64,000 nucleotides of DNA from an uncultured delta proteobacterium (GTDB taxonomy: Bacteria > Desulfobacterota > Desulfobacteria > Desulfobacterales > Desulfosalsimonadaceae), in contig CAWGYD010000004.1 in the NCBI GenBank assembly GCA_963826785.1, forward strand, positions 320,001 through 384,000, read 5' to 3'. Position numbers and translations under genes: made by a program. This document shows, piece after piece, positions 19,254 to 29,800 of the stretch. Position 1 is the stretch's first letter; each line of letters opens with the position of its first letter. A model generated the notes under the pieces. That model was given only the letters and a program-made list of their open reading frames with translations, searched no databases and was not told the origin of the DNA.

Positions 19254-19520
19254 CTACTGCGTGGACTGGTTTCGGATAGACCGGACCTCACCGGTGCTGC
19301 TGTCGATCTTTAAAACCTTGTAATTGCGGTTTGCGGCAAAGACGGACTCGCCGACCCTCCCGGCGGCGTTTGGCCGTTTGAAGCTCAGCGTGATGAACCA
19401 GAACGTGTTGTCATCCGTCAGTTCCGCTTCTTCCAGGAGAACCTGTCCGAGATCCTGTTCCGAGTAGAGCGTCGTGAGATGTTCGATGGCGATTTCAGAT
19501 GCCTCTTTTATGCTAATCAT
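19254..19520 (-). CDS. Small hypothetical protein
   Basis: Compact ORF (MISIKEA, LEEAEL, WFITLSF, YKVLKID) in line with neighbouring genes. Confidence 0.7.
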   Translation of the reverse strand: MISIKEASEIAIEHLTTLYSEQDLGQVLLEEAELTDDNTFWFITLSFKRPNAAGRVGESVFAANRNYKVLKIDSSTGEVRSIRNQSTQ

Positions 19521-19545
19521 GAGGGGATCCGCCGACAAAGGGATT

Positions 19546-20499
19546 TTATTTCAATGTAAAGAAAGCGTACTTGATTTTCTTTCGTTTCCGGGTCTTCCAG
19601 TTGCCGTAAATATTGACTTTTTTCCGGTCCCAGGTGCCGTCTCTATGCTGGATCACCCCCCGAACCAGTGTGTGGCTCAGCACCGTGGTAATCTTGTAGA
19701 TGTTTCCCCGTTCATCCTGGATAAGAGACCCCCGGCGCACGTAGCGCTGAATCTGACTGGTTTCACAATCTTTGCAGAACCAGGCGTGGACGGGGATCAT
19801 CACTTTCAATGCGGAAAGAACCGGCTCCACCTTGTGGCAGCCGTTGCATTTGCGCGTACGGGAAACGCGGGGGGCGGCATCCGGTTCATGCCGGGAGGAT
19901 AATTGGTTTTCATCCGGGTCGTAAACTTCAACCACAAAGATCTGGGGTTCTTTAATTCCAGGGGGCGCATCCGGTATGGTGATGGCCGTTTCCGCCGTTT
20001 CGCAAATGCCTTGCCCGCTTGCCGGCAGTTGCGGCTCAGGTTCTAAAATAAGCCCTTGTACTTCTGACAGGATATCCGCAGCGGATGTCTGCTCCGGTTC
20101 AGGGTCTTTTTCGGCGTCGGTTTCCCGGGCGGGCAAGCCTGTTGCCGCGGGTTCGGGCAGGATAAGTGCGGCAGTAGAAAATTCGGCCGCTGGTGGGGGC
20201 GAAGCGGGAGCGGCCGCTTCGAATTGGGACCGGCAATCTTCGCACCACAGGTCGGTGCTGTCCGTGCTCTGGGCATGAGCGGTCAGCGCCTGGAACGGTT
20301 TTTCAAGGTGGCAGCGGGCGCACCGGCTCGGCTGCGGCAGCTGTGCGGCGGCGGTCTGCTGCGGGGGGGATGCATTCACATCAAAACAGATCTTGCAGAA
20401 CGAGTATCGGCCGTCCGGGCTGAACTTGTTTTCGTAAAAATCGTCTATCTTTTTGATTTCCAGACAATTTTTACACTGCTTATGCGTCTTTCGCTTCAT
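19546..20499 (-). CDS. Protein with repeated CxxC zinc-finger modules and a Pro/Ala/Glu linker
   Basis: CKNC...DG....CKIC; CARC...WCEDC; CNGC...FCKDC. Confidence 0.65.
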   Translation of the reverse strand: MKRKTHKQCKNCLEIKKIDDFYENKFSPDGRYSFCKICFDVNASPPQQTAAAQLPQPSRCARCHLEKPFQALTAHAQSTDSTDLWCEDCRSQFEAAAPASPPPAAEFSTAALILPEPAATGLPARETDAEKDPEPEQTSAADILSEVQGLILEPEPQLPASGQGICETAETAITIPDAPPGIKEPQIFVVEVYDPDENQLSSRHEPDAAPRVSRTRKCNGCHKVEPVLSALKVMIPVHAWFCKDCETSQIQRYVRRGSLIQDERGNIYKITTVLSHTLVRGVIQHRDGTWDRKKVNIYGNWKTRKRKKIKYAFFTLK

Positions 20500-20596
20500 G
20501 AAAGATACTATAGCAGCCAATTCGATTTCAGGCCACCGATATCGACCGGGCAGGTCAAATTTTTTCGTTTGTCCGTTTACCAGCGCCGGCAATTCT

Positions 20597-20630
20597 AAAT
20601 CCCCCCTGCCACCCTTTGCGAAAGGGGAGG
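20597..20630. repeat. REP-like hairpin
   Basis: AAATCCCCCCTGCCACCCTTTGCGAAAGGGGAG; C-run/G-run hairpin similar to those at 1116 and 15252. Confidence 0.45.
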
Positions 20631-20674
20631 AAATAACGCAAAAAACCACTACCGGAGTCGCGCGGCCGATGCTT

Positions 20675-21124
20675 TTAAAGCGACCAGAGGGGTAGGCCGG
20701 TGATTTCGTCAAACCTTCTGGCAAAATCCGATTCCCCGTAGACGTCGATGATAAACTCACAGGCAAATACGACATTGCCCGGGGCCAAATGGCCGCCGAA
20801 CGCATGTCCGTTTTCATCGGCCAGGGTGATGTGGGCGTGGACGACGGGGTTTTGATCCTTCAGGGAAATGTTGCCCGATAAAGCCGTTATTTCGAGCGGC
20901 TGGTCAAAATCATTGTAACGGTACTGTTTTTCCGTTTGATCATAATACCCCAGCCGGGCCTTTTTTACCGCGCCGATGGCCGAAATCCGTCCTGAGCGGA
21001 TATTTCGGGAATGACACAGCTTTTCGAGTGCTTCCAGGAGGTCTGCGCCATGGGCGATCCGGCCCATGAAAGATTCCCTGGCGGTGACGGAGAGGGCTTT
21101 GGTCATTTGAGGTTTTCCTTTCAT
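20675..21124 (-). CDS. PPC/DUF296 domain protein
   Basis: SAIGAV, EITALSGNI, HAHITL, GGHL; alternative start at 21106. Confidence 0.9.
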   Translation of the reverse strand: MKGKPQMTKALSVTARESFMGRIAHGADLLEALEKLCHSRNIRSGRISAIGAVKKARLGYYDQTEKQYRYNDFDQPLEITALSGNISLKDQNPVVHAHITLADENGHAFGGHLAPGNVVFACEFIIDVYGESDFARRFDEITGLPLWSL

Positions 21125-21163
21125 CGGATGGTGTTTGTCTTTGCATGGGGTGAATACGAGGGG

Positions 21164-21463
21164 TCAGGTCAGTTCTTTTGCCTGACGGAAGTCCATTTCA
21201 AGTGCATCGGCCACCCGGGGGTGGGTCACCTGTCCGGCATGGGTGTTGACGCTTAGTTCGCAGCCGCCCCACATTTCGCCCGCCTCCGGCCGCACATCCG
21301 CGCCGGCCGCACGGTAGCGATCATCGGCAAATCCGCTGCCCGCACCCGCCCCGGCTTCCACCAGCACCTCGTGGCCGTGGCTGACCATTTCAGATACAGA
21401 GGCCGGCGTTGCCGAAACCCGGCTTTCATTTTCCTTGATTTCCTTTAAAATGCCGATGCGCAT
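21164..21463 (-). pseudogene. ald: Alanine dehydrogenase with large in-frame internal deletion
   Basis: Ald N-terminus (MRIGILKEIKENESRV...EAGAGAGSGF) joined directly to an Ald-like C-terminus (VNTHAGQVTHPRVADAL). Confidence 0.8.
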
Positions 21464-21692
21464 GGATCATCTCCGCGATTGTCTGCCTGCAATAAAGATA
21501 ATCGGCAAATTGCATATCCGCCAGCAGGCGGCGGCGATGAACATCGACAATTCCGGTTCAGTCAACGGGCCCCTTAAAATTCCTTTTATGCGCTATCATC
21601 CATGTTTATTTTTATAAAAATGCCAGGATATGATATTGTCAACTGAAGGTTTTTGGGGACGACGGAGAATTAAAGTCAGCGGGTAAAGGGGG

Positions 21693-22385
21693 TTGAAAAT
21701 GACAGGGATAAAAGATCAGGGATATCGCAATTCGGGGATACGGTCCATCGTGGGGCTCGGTCTGATGTTTTGGGTGTTTTTGGCCGTACACCCGTGTCTT
21801 GCCCAGGAACCCGTCACCGAAAAATTGGCCGTCATGCCATTTATCAAGGGCCATGATCCGCAGAATCTGGGCCAGACGTTGAGCTGCCCGTTTGCCCGAT
21901 TCTGCTACGAAGAGATGGGGTTGGCGGAAGGGGCGGATGAAACCATGACCCGCCTGCTTCAGGCCCTGCTTAAAGAGAAGCAGACGGCGCCGGTGATTCC
22001 GGAAGAAGATGTCCGGCGCGTTTACGAGGCACTGCTCTTTGACCGGGCCAGCGATACCCCGCTTCATGTGGCCACAATTCTGGGCCGCAGGTTAAATGCC
22101 AGTCATGTGATGGTGGGCAATGTCTGGCGCTACCGGGAGCGCGAGGGGACCTCGTTCAGCGTTCAAACCCCTGCCTCCATCGCCTTTTCCCTCTATCTGG
22201 TGGATGTGCGGAGCGGGACGCCCGTGTGGGAGGCCAGCTATGATGAAACGCAGAAATCGCTGTCCGAAAATCTCCTGGACGCCCCGGAATTTTTCCGCAG
22301 GGGGGCCAAATGGCTGACGGTCGAAGAACTGGCCCGTTCAGGATTGGGCAAAGCACTGGAAGATTATCCCAAATATCCCGAATAG
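21693..22385 (+). CDS. Exported hypothetical protein (CsgG/TolB-N-like alpha/beta fold)
   Basis: Signal peptide; KLAVMPF, GRRLNASHVMVG, LVDVRSGTPVW. Confidence 0.75.
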   Translation: MKMTGIKDQGYRNSGIRSIVGLGLMFWVFLAVHPCLAQEPVTEKLAVMPFIKGHDPQNLGQTLSCPFARFCYEEMGLAEGADETMTRLLQALLKEKQTAPVIPEEDVRRVYEALLFDRASDTPLHVATILGRRLNASHVMVGNVWRYREREGTSFSVQTPASIAFSLYLVDVRSGTPVWEASYDETQKSLSENLLDAPEFFRRGAKWLTVEELARSGLGKALEDYPKYPE

Positions 22386-22400
22386 CGCCTCGGGTCTGTT

Positions 22401-23453
22401 TCAGCCGCCTTTGAGTTCGGGTGCGGTTTCCGTCTCCAGGAATTCAAGGTTTTCCCGCCAGAAAGCCAGTGTCTGCCGGCTCAAACCCAGCAGGTGAAAG
22501 GCATGCCCTTCATTTGGAAAATAGCGCACCGTGTGCCGGATTTGCCTGTTTTTCAATGCCTGTTCCAGCCGCCGGGTATCGCTGAGCAGGATGTCGCGGG
22601 TGCCGGACATGGCATAAACGGCGGGGAAGGGGCGGATTTCCGGATCATTTGACTCCAGCACCAGCAGCGGGTCCGCCAGTTGGGAGTCCGGGTGGGGTGA
22701 TTTGTAGGCCTGGCCCAGGTAGGCCCGGGAAACGTCCCGGGCCACTGAATAGCTCAGCTGCCGGAAGTAGGGGTTCATGGGCGGGCTGAGCCGTTTGAGC
22801 CGGAACGGATCACTGACCTGCAGATACCCGCAGATGACCATGATGGCCCGGGGGGCGACGCCCGCATCAAAAATGGCCTGGGCAAACGGCTCCGGGCGCC
22901 GGAAACAGGCGCAGGCCGCCAGGGCCAGGGTCAGGTTGCCGCCCGCCGACTCCCCGGCGATCACGATCCGGTTCGGATCTCCCCCGAAATTTTCGATATT
23001 TTCCACCACCCATTTCCAGGCCCGGCCCGCATCTTCCAGGGCGGCGGGGAATGGATGCCGGGGCGCCAGGCGATAATCGATATTGACCGCCACATATCCC
23101 CGGTCGGCATAGGCCAGGGTGATGCCCCGGTGGGTCTGTTTGGAGCAGATGGTAAACCCCCCGCCGTGAATGTACAGGACCACCGGCAGAGGGGAGTCGA
23201 TGGACCGGGGCCGGTAGAGATCAAGCCTGTGGGAAGGATTTCCGCCGGTATGATAGGCGATATCGGATATGGTCTCGCAGCGCTTTTCCGCTGACCGCTG
23301 GTATGTGGAAAACGACCGCATGAAGGACAGGGCCCGCAGCGCCCGGTCAAAGGCTTTTCGCCGAATACGCGTCTTTTGAGATACCGCCGGTGGGCTCTTC
23401 ATTTCAAATCTATTATCGTTTTTTGTGATCAGTTGGATTGTTTGCATCCGCAT
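22401..23453 (-). CDS. Alpha/beta hydrolase (HSL-family esterase)
   Basis: HGGGF, YRLAP, GESAGG, GHAF; start codon uncertain. Confidence 0.92.
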   Translation of the reverse strand: MRMQTIQLITKNDNRFEMKSPPAVSQKTRIRRKAFDRALRALSFMRSFSTYQRSAEKRCETISDIAYHTGGNPSHRLDLYRPRSIDSPLPVVLYIHGGGFTICSKQTHRGITLAYADRGYVAVNIDYRLAPRHPFPAALEDAGRAWKWVVENIENFGGDPNRIVIAGESAGGNLTLALAACACFRRPEPFAQAIFDAGVAPRAIMVICGYLQVSDPFRLKRLSPPMNPYFRQLSYSVARDVSRAYLGQAYKSPHPDSQLADPLLVLESNDPEIRPFPAVYAMSGTRDILLSDTRRLEQALKNRQIRHTVRYFPNEGHAFHLLGLSRQTLAFWRENLEFLETETAPELKGG

Positions 23454-23665
23454 GCGCCTTGTCTCCAGGCAGCCAGGGTTTGTAAGTAATCAAAAGCAGT
23501 CGCTTTGCGCAAGCATATTTTTCAGGTCCGGCATGGCCGCCTGTTGCGTTTTCCGCAGTTCCCGGGGTTGGCCAATATGAAAATCCTGCGCGAAGCATTT
23601 TCAGGCGCACTGTTTTTCCATGTTCCCGTCTTTACTTTTAAAAACGGCCGGGGTATGGTGCCGCC

Positions 23666-24070
23666 ATGATCGACGTGACCGCTGCCATTATCTGCAGGGA
23701 TGGAAAATGTCTGATCGCCCGGCGGGCGCCCGGCGATCGGCATGCCGGAAAATGGGAGTTTCCCGGCGGCAAGGTCAATCCTGCAGAAACGCCTCAAAAC
23801 GGGCTTGTCCGTGAAATACGGGAGGAGTTTGCCATCGATGTGGTTGTCCATGAACTGGTCGCAAAAAGCATCCATGTCTACGATCATGGCAAAATCCGGC
23901 TGCTGGCCTATCGGGTCACCTGGACCTCGGGCGAGTTGATCCTGATGGTGCACGACCAGATCGCCTGGGTGCCGCCGGACCGACTCCTGGAATATGATCT
24001 GCTGCCGGCGGATATTCCCATTGCCAAGAAGTGCCAGGCGCTGAAATGTCGATTCGATCTTGTGTCTTGA
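23666..24070 (+). CDS. MutT-like NUDIX hydrolase
   Basis: WEFPGGKV...ETP...REIREE Nudix box; LPADIP. Confidence 0.9.
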   Translation: MIDVTAAIICRDGKCLIARRAPGDRHAGKWEFPGGKVNPAETPQNGLVREIREEFAIDVVVHELVAKSIHVYDHGKIRLLAYRVTWTSGELILMVHDQIAWVPPDRLLEYDLLPADIPIAKKCQALKCRFDLVS

Positions 24071-24180
24071 TCCGGAAAACGGACCCGTTTTGACAATCTG
24101 TCCGCTGAGCATCCATAATAGAGACGGGTGGATACACATATTATCCCTGTTCAGGAGTGATCTTTTAAAGGAGGTGGCCG

Positions 24181-25101
24181 ATGGAATTGAATCGCCTGGC
24201 GAATATTCCCCCCTGGGAATGGCCGGAAGATGCAGCGGGGTCGCTGCTTGGAGTGATTGACAACCCCCGTGCGGACGTGGCTGACCGGAAATTGGCCGCG
24301 CAGCTGGCCGGAGACATTTCCGTGATCAACGACACGCTGGCCGATGCGCTGCTGGCGGTGGCGGGGCGCGCCGGGGAACCTGATGAACTCCGGGAATCTG
24401 CGGCGATTTCACTCGGGGCGGTCCTTGAATACGCCGATACCATGGAGTTCGAGGACGTCGATGACATCCTGATTTCAGAGCACGCTTTCCGGCGGATACA
24501 GGATGGGCTTCACCGTTTGTTCAAGGACAAGGGGCTTCCCGTCGATGTGCGGCGGCGCATATTGGAAGCCTCGGTTCGGGCCCCCAGGGACTGGCATCCG
24601 GAGGCGGTGCGCGAAGCTTATGAAAGCAAGGACCCGGCCTGGCAGCTCACCGCCGTGTTCTGCATGGGCTATGTGCATGGTTTTAAAAAGCAGATACTGG
24701 AATCTTTAAACAGCAAAATCCGAAATATCCGTTACCACGCCATCTGTGCGGCGGGCAACTGGGAAATCGCCGAAGCCTGGCCGAAGGTGGTCGGCATCAT
24801 TGAAAACGAAAAGAAGGACAAGGAGATGCTGCTGGCCGCCATAGATGCGGTGGTGGGTATCCGGCCGCAGGATGCCGCAGCGGTATTGGGCCCTCTGCTT
24901 CATTCCAGCGATGAGGACATCGTCGAAGCCGTTCATGAATCCCTTTCCATGGCAGAAGTGATCATGGAAAATGATGAATCCGGCGAAGACGGCGATCAAT
25001 TTGATTATGATGATGATGCCTTCGGTGACGATGAATATGACGATTATGATGATTACGGGGATGAGGCGGATGATGACGGCGGCGGTGATGTATTCCGATA
25101 G
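24181..25101 (+). CDS. HEAT-repeat-like protein with very acidic C-terminal tail
   Basis: Repeated helical LRESAAISLG-type motifs; D/E/Y-rich tail; AAGGAGG RBS. Confidence 0.75.
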   Translation: MELNRLANIPPWEWPEDAAGSLLGVIDNPRADVADRKLAAQLAGDISVINDTLADALLAVAGRAGEPDELRESAAISLGAVLEYADTMEFEDVDDILISEHAFRRIQDGLHRLFKDKGLPVDVRRRILEASVRAPRDWHPEAVREAYESKDPAWQLTAVFCMGYVHGFKKQILESLNSKIRNIRYHAICAAGNWEIAEAWPKVVGIIENEKKDKEMLLAAIDAVVGIRPQDAAAVLGPLLHSSDEDIVEAVHESLSMAEVIMENDESGEDGDQFDYDDDAFGDDEYDDYDDYGDEADDDGGGDVFR

Positions 25102-25107
25102 ACCCCC

Positions 25108-26001
25108 CTATTTTACTTGGGACCCCGTTCGGGAAAGGGGCCTGGTCGATCCCAGCAGGATATTGAGCGCCGCCTGCCGGATTTTATTGAGCGGCGCGGG
25201 TTTCTGCAGGTGGGCAATCTGGTGGGTGTTGAAAAACGATATCCGGGCAAGGGAAGCATCCCCGGTAAAAAACAGGTAGCGTGAAGCAATCGCCGGGAAA
25301 AGCCGGCGCGCTTCGCTGAAGCACTCCAGTCCATCCATGACCGGCATGTCGATATCGGAAAGAATCAGCCGGTACCAGGTCGATTTGATTTTTTCCAGCC
25401 CTTCGCGACCGTTTTCGGCCATCTCGATGATCCCCTCATCGATCAGAATCGCCTTTAGCAGCTCTGCAATGGCCTCATCGTCCTCGATGATCAGGATTTT
25501 CTCCTGCCAGACCGGGTCAAGCTGCATGATCTGGTCGATTTTCGTCCGTTTTTCACCCGACTGCTCAATGAAATACTCGACGGCCCGTTTGTGGGTCTGC
25601 AGACCGGCGGCCACCCACTTGAATTCGGAAACGCTCTTTTTGAGCGTATTCACCACGAAGAGGAAGATGTCGTTCCATTCGGAAAATTCCGTGTTGATGA
25701 TAAAATCCAGCAGGCGGTCCCGGGTGAGGGTGCTTCCGGAAAGGTGGGCCAGCGCCTTGTCAAAATGGGCTTCGATTTTCAACCGGGTCTCCGGGTCCAG
25801 AAGGATGGCGGAAGCTTCCCCGTGGGCCACCAGGTGGCTGGCGGCGCTGGCCATGGCATGATAGTGCCAGGCTTCATCTTCCGCAAACCGCCTGATCCGG
25901 CCGGCAAAGGCCGGTTCGTCTTTAAACACTTCAGCCGCTCCATTGTAGAATATCCCGGCCTTATGTTCGATTTTGAGCAGCCATTTTACGATATCTTTCA
26001 T
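25108..26001 (-). CDS. Ferritin-like domain fused to a response-regulator receiver domain
   Basis: N-terminal IEHKA...FY...EDEAWH; C-terminal ILIIEDD, ILSDIDMPVMDG, QKP. Confidence 0.85.
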   Translation of the reverse strand: MKDIVKWLLKIEHKAGIFYNGAAEVFKDEPAFAGRIRRFAEDEAWHYHAMASAASHLVAHGEASAILLDPETRLKIEAHFDKALAHLSGSTLTRDRLLDFIINTEFSEWNDIFLFVVNTLKKSVSEFKWVAAGLQTHKRAVEYFIEQSGEKRTKIDQIMQLDPVWQEKILIIEDDEAIAELLKAILIDEGIIEMAENGREGLEKIKSTWYRLILSDIDMPVMDGLECFSEARRLFPAIASRYLFFTGDASLARISFFNTHQIAHLQKPAPLNKIRQAALNILLGSTRPLSRTGSQVK

Positions 26002-26238
26002 TGCATACGCCCCTGTGCCCTGTGTATAGGTTGCATCAATTGTGACGAATATCTCCTAAAGTAAAACGCGGCATTTAGGTTTCAAGTGCGTCTGCTTTTC
26101 AATCGCACACGATAAAATCTGTTCCGCATCCCCTTTATCGCCCGGCTCGCCCATATCGCCGCCCTGTTCGCCAAGTTCTGGATTTTACTTCCCATAGAGA
26201 ATCTGTATAAAAAAACCGCTTTGGATTGAATTTTTCCG

Positions 26239-26309
26239 TTGACAATTCTTTGCACAATGTTCATTACTGATAACGGGGTTTACTTTGCACACATTGCACA
26301 GTTGGCACA
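26239..26309 (+). promoter_or_regulatory. Promoter region of the Hdr/Mvh operon with TTGCACA direct repeats
   Basis: TTGACA at 26239; TTGCACA at 26250, 26285, 26294 and TGGCACA at 26303 (9-bp period for the last three). Confidence 0.6.
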
Positions 26310-26337
26310 TGCCAAATTGCCCCGGAATGGAGCGCCA

Positions 26338-26865
26338 ATGAATGATGCGCCTGTAAAATCATGTCTCATATTCGGCTGCGGCAACCCGCTCTTCGGTGAT
26401 GACGGGTTCGGCCCGGGCGTGATCGAAACCCTGGAATCCAGCTGCGATCTTCCGCCTCATGTCACCTGCGCGGATGCCGGAACCGCCATCCGCGATCTCC
26501 TGTTCGATATTCTGTTGACCCCCGACAAACCCGACCGCATTATCGTCGTCGATGCCGCGGACCGCCCCGGCCGGCTGCCCGGCGAAATCTTTGAAATCGA
26601 TGTGGATGAAATCGACGTAAAAAAAACATCCGATTTTTCTCTGCATCAGTTTCCCACCACCAACATGCTCAAGGAATTAAAAGATCACACCCAGGTGGAC
26701 ATCCGTGTGTTAGTCGTCCAGATCGAACACATTCCCGAAGAAATTTGCCCCGGCATGTCGGATGCGGTCAAAAGCGCCATTCCCGGCATGTGTGACCGGA
26801 TTCTGGAAGCAGCCGGTGCGGCGGGAACTTCGAAGCGCCAACCCAATGGAGATGTCATTATATGA
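26338..26865 (+). CDS. Hydrogenase maturation protease
   Basis: [26 protein letters not shown]. Confidence 0.93.
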   Translation: MNDAPVKSCLIFGCGNPLFGDDGFGPGVIETLESSCDLPPHVTCADAGTAIRDLLFDILLTPDKPDRIIVVDAADRPGRLPGEIFEIDVDEIDVKKTSDFSLHQFPTTNMLKELKDHTQVDIRVLVVQIEHIPEEICPGMSDAVKSAIPGMCDRILEAAGAAGTSKRQPNGDVII

Positions 26866-29800
26866 TTGAAATCAAGGTGGGAAAACTTGCCGAGATCTTC
26901 GGCGTCCATCGAAATACGGTCAGCAACTGGATCAAGACCGGCGCGCTCCCGGCAGAACCCAGGATGGGAAAGAAATATGCCATCAGACGGGAAAAATTCA
27001 TCCGCTTTTTAGATGAAAAGGGAATTTCCCGGGATATGGCAACCGCCCTGATGGGCGATATCGATGTACGGACCATTCCGGAAGCACCGGAAAAAATTCA
27101 AACCTCCATTATACCAAAAGAGGTGCCCATGTTCGATAAACCAGTCGGATCGGTAATGGTTGTCGGCGGCGGAATCGCGGGTATACAGGCGTCCCTGGAT
27201 CTGGCGGATTCGGGGTATTTTGTCTACCTGCTGGAAAAAAGCCCCGGCATCGGCGGCGGCATGGCCAAACTGGACAAGACATTTCCCACCAATGATTGTG
27301 CCATGTGAATCATCTCGCCAAAATTGGTCGAGTGCGGTCGGCACTTAAACATTGAAATACTGACATTATCCGAAATTTTAGACGTTACCGGGCAGTCCGG
27401 TGCATTTTCCGTCACGGTAAGAAAGAATCCCCGCTACGTCGACATGGACAAATGCATCGCCTGCGGCATCTGCTCCCAGAAATGCCCCAAGAAAGTCGAC
27501 GATGAATTCAACATGGGGATTTCCAAGCGCAAGGCCGCCTACATCCAGTATGGCCAGACCGTTCCCCTGAAATACGTGATCGATCCGGACAACTGCCTCT
27601 ATGTGACCAAGGGGAAATGCCGGGCCTGCGAGAAATTCTGCCCCACCGGCGCCATCAACTTCGACGACCGGGAAAAGATTGAAACCATCAATGTGGGATC
27701 ATTGATCCTCTCCCCCGGTTACACCCCCTTCGACCCGTCCGGTTTGGACTACTACGGGTACGGCAAGATTGCCGACGTGGTCACCAGCCTGGAATACGAG
27801 CGGATGCTGTCCGCCGGCGGGCCCTTCCAGGGGCACCTTGAAAAGCCCTCCGACGGCAGAACGCCGGAAAATATTGCCTGGATCCAGTGCGTGGGATCGA
27901 GAAACACCAACCGGTGCGACAACGGATACTGCTCCAGCGTCTGCTGCATGTATGCCATGAAGCAGGCCCTGATCACCGCCGCCCACCTGCCGGAAGGCGG
28001 AAAACAGAGCATCTTTTTCATGGACATCCGCAGCCACGGCAAGGAGTTCGAACTCTATTACGATTATGCGAAACAAAGCGACGTCCGCTTCATTCGCGCC
28101 CGGCCGCACACCATCGAACCCGGACCGAACAATTCGGGTGTGGTCATGACGTATTTCACCGAAGACGGCCAACAGCTGCGGGAACATTTCGACATGGCCG
28201 TGCTGTCCATCGGCATGGAGGCTTCCAAGGATGCCGGGTCCCTGGCGAAGAAGACCGGAATCGCCCTGACACCCTACAATTTTGCGAAAATGGGCAGCTT
28301 CAACCCCTGTGCCAGCACCCGGGACGGGATTTTCATCGGCGGTGCTTTTGCCGGGCCCATGAATATCCCCACTGCCGTGGCCCAGGCCTCTTCTGCGGCG
28401 GCCGAAGCCTCAAAAGCGCTGGTTCTGGCCAAGAACAGTTTGACGCGGGAGAAGAAATATCCGCCTGAAAAACTGATCGCCGGACAGGAACCCCGCATCG
28501 GGGTGTTTGTCTGCTCCTGCGGAGTTAACATCGCAAGCGTCATCGACGTGGCCTCGGTTGTGGAATTTGCCAAATCGCTGCCCAATGTGGTCTTTGCCCA
28601 GAACAACATGTTCTCCTGTTCGACGGATACCCAGAACATGATGGCCAAAACCATCGAGGAACAGAAACTCAACCGGATCGTGATCGCCGCCTGTTCCCCC
28701 CGGACCCATGAACCCCTTTTCCAGGACACGTTGCGGGAGGTTGGCTTGAACGGCTACCTGGTGGAAATGGCCAACATCCGGAATCAGAATGCCTGGGTGC
28801 ATCACAATGATCCCGAAAAGGCCACGCAGAAGGCCAGAGATCAGGTGCGGATGGCGGTATCCAAGGTGCGCATGGCCTACCCCCTGGAAAGACTCTCGGT
28901 GGACGTCGTACAGAAGGCGCTGGTCATCGGCGGCGGGATGGCGGGCATCAATGCAGCCCTCGGGTTTGCCGGCCAGGGATATGAAACCGTTCTGCTGGAA
29001 AAATCGGATACGCTGGGCGGCAATGCATTAAACATCCATAAGACCGTCAAGGGGGAAGAGGTGCTTCCGGCGCTGCAGGATTTGATTCAACAGGTGGAAA
29101 ACCACGAGAAGATCAAGGTCCTGAAAAATGCCCGGTTGAAGTCCGCGAGCGGCATCGTGGGCAGCTTTTCCAGCGAGGTGGAAAGCAACGGCGACACCCA
29201 CCACATCGATTATGGTGTGGCGATCCTGGCCACGGGCGGCAAAGAATCGGTGCCCACGGAATACCTCTACGGAGAAGACGACCGGGTGATGACCCATCTG
29301 CAGTTCGACAGCGAACTGGCCCACCACGCCGATCGGATCAAAAAGGCCGAAAGTGCCGTTTTTATCCAGTGCGTGGGCTCCCGGGATGAACAGCGCAACT
29401 ACTGCAGCCGGATCTGCTGCACCCACACGGCCAAATCGGCCATCATGCTAAAAGAGCTCAATCCGGACATGAACGTCTATGTCCTGTACCGGGATATGCG
29501 CACCTACGGCACCAAAGAGGATTTCTATACAAAGGCCCGGGAACTGGGGGTGATGTTTATCCGCTATGATCTGGACAACAAGCCGGAGGTCTTCCGGGAG
29601 GGAGATGATCTGCTCCTGCGGGTGACGGACCCCATCGTCCGGCAGCCGGTGCTCATCGATACCGACTACCTGGTGCTGGCGGCGGCGGTGGTGCCCAACG
29701 ATGTCTCCGACCTGGTCGGCCTCTTCAGGTGCGCCACCAACCAGGACGGCTTCCTCAACGAAGCCCATCCCAAGCTGCGGCCCGTGGACATGGCGGTGGA

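Noticed and set aside
26303..26320. Sigma-54 promoter (TGGCAC...TTGC)
   Set aside because: GG-to-GC spacing is not the required 10 nt
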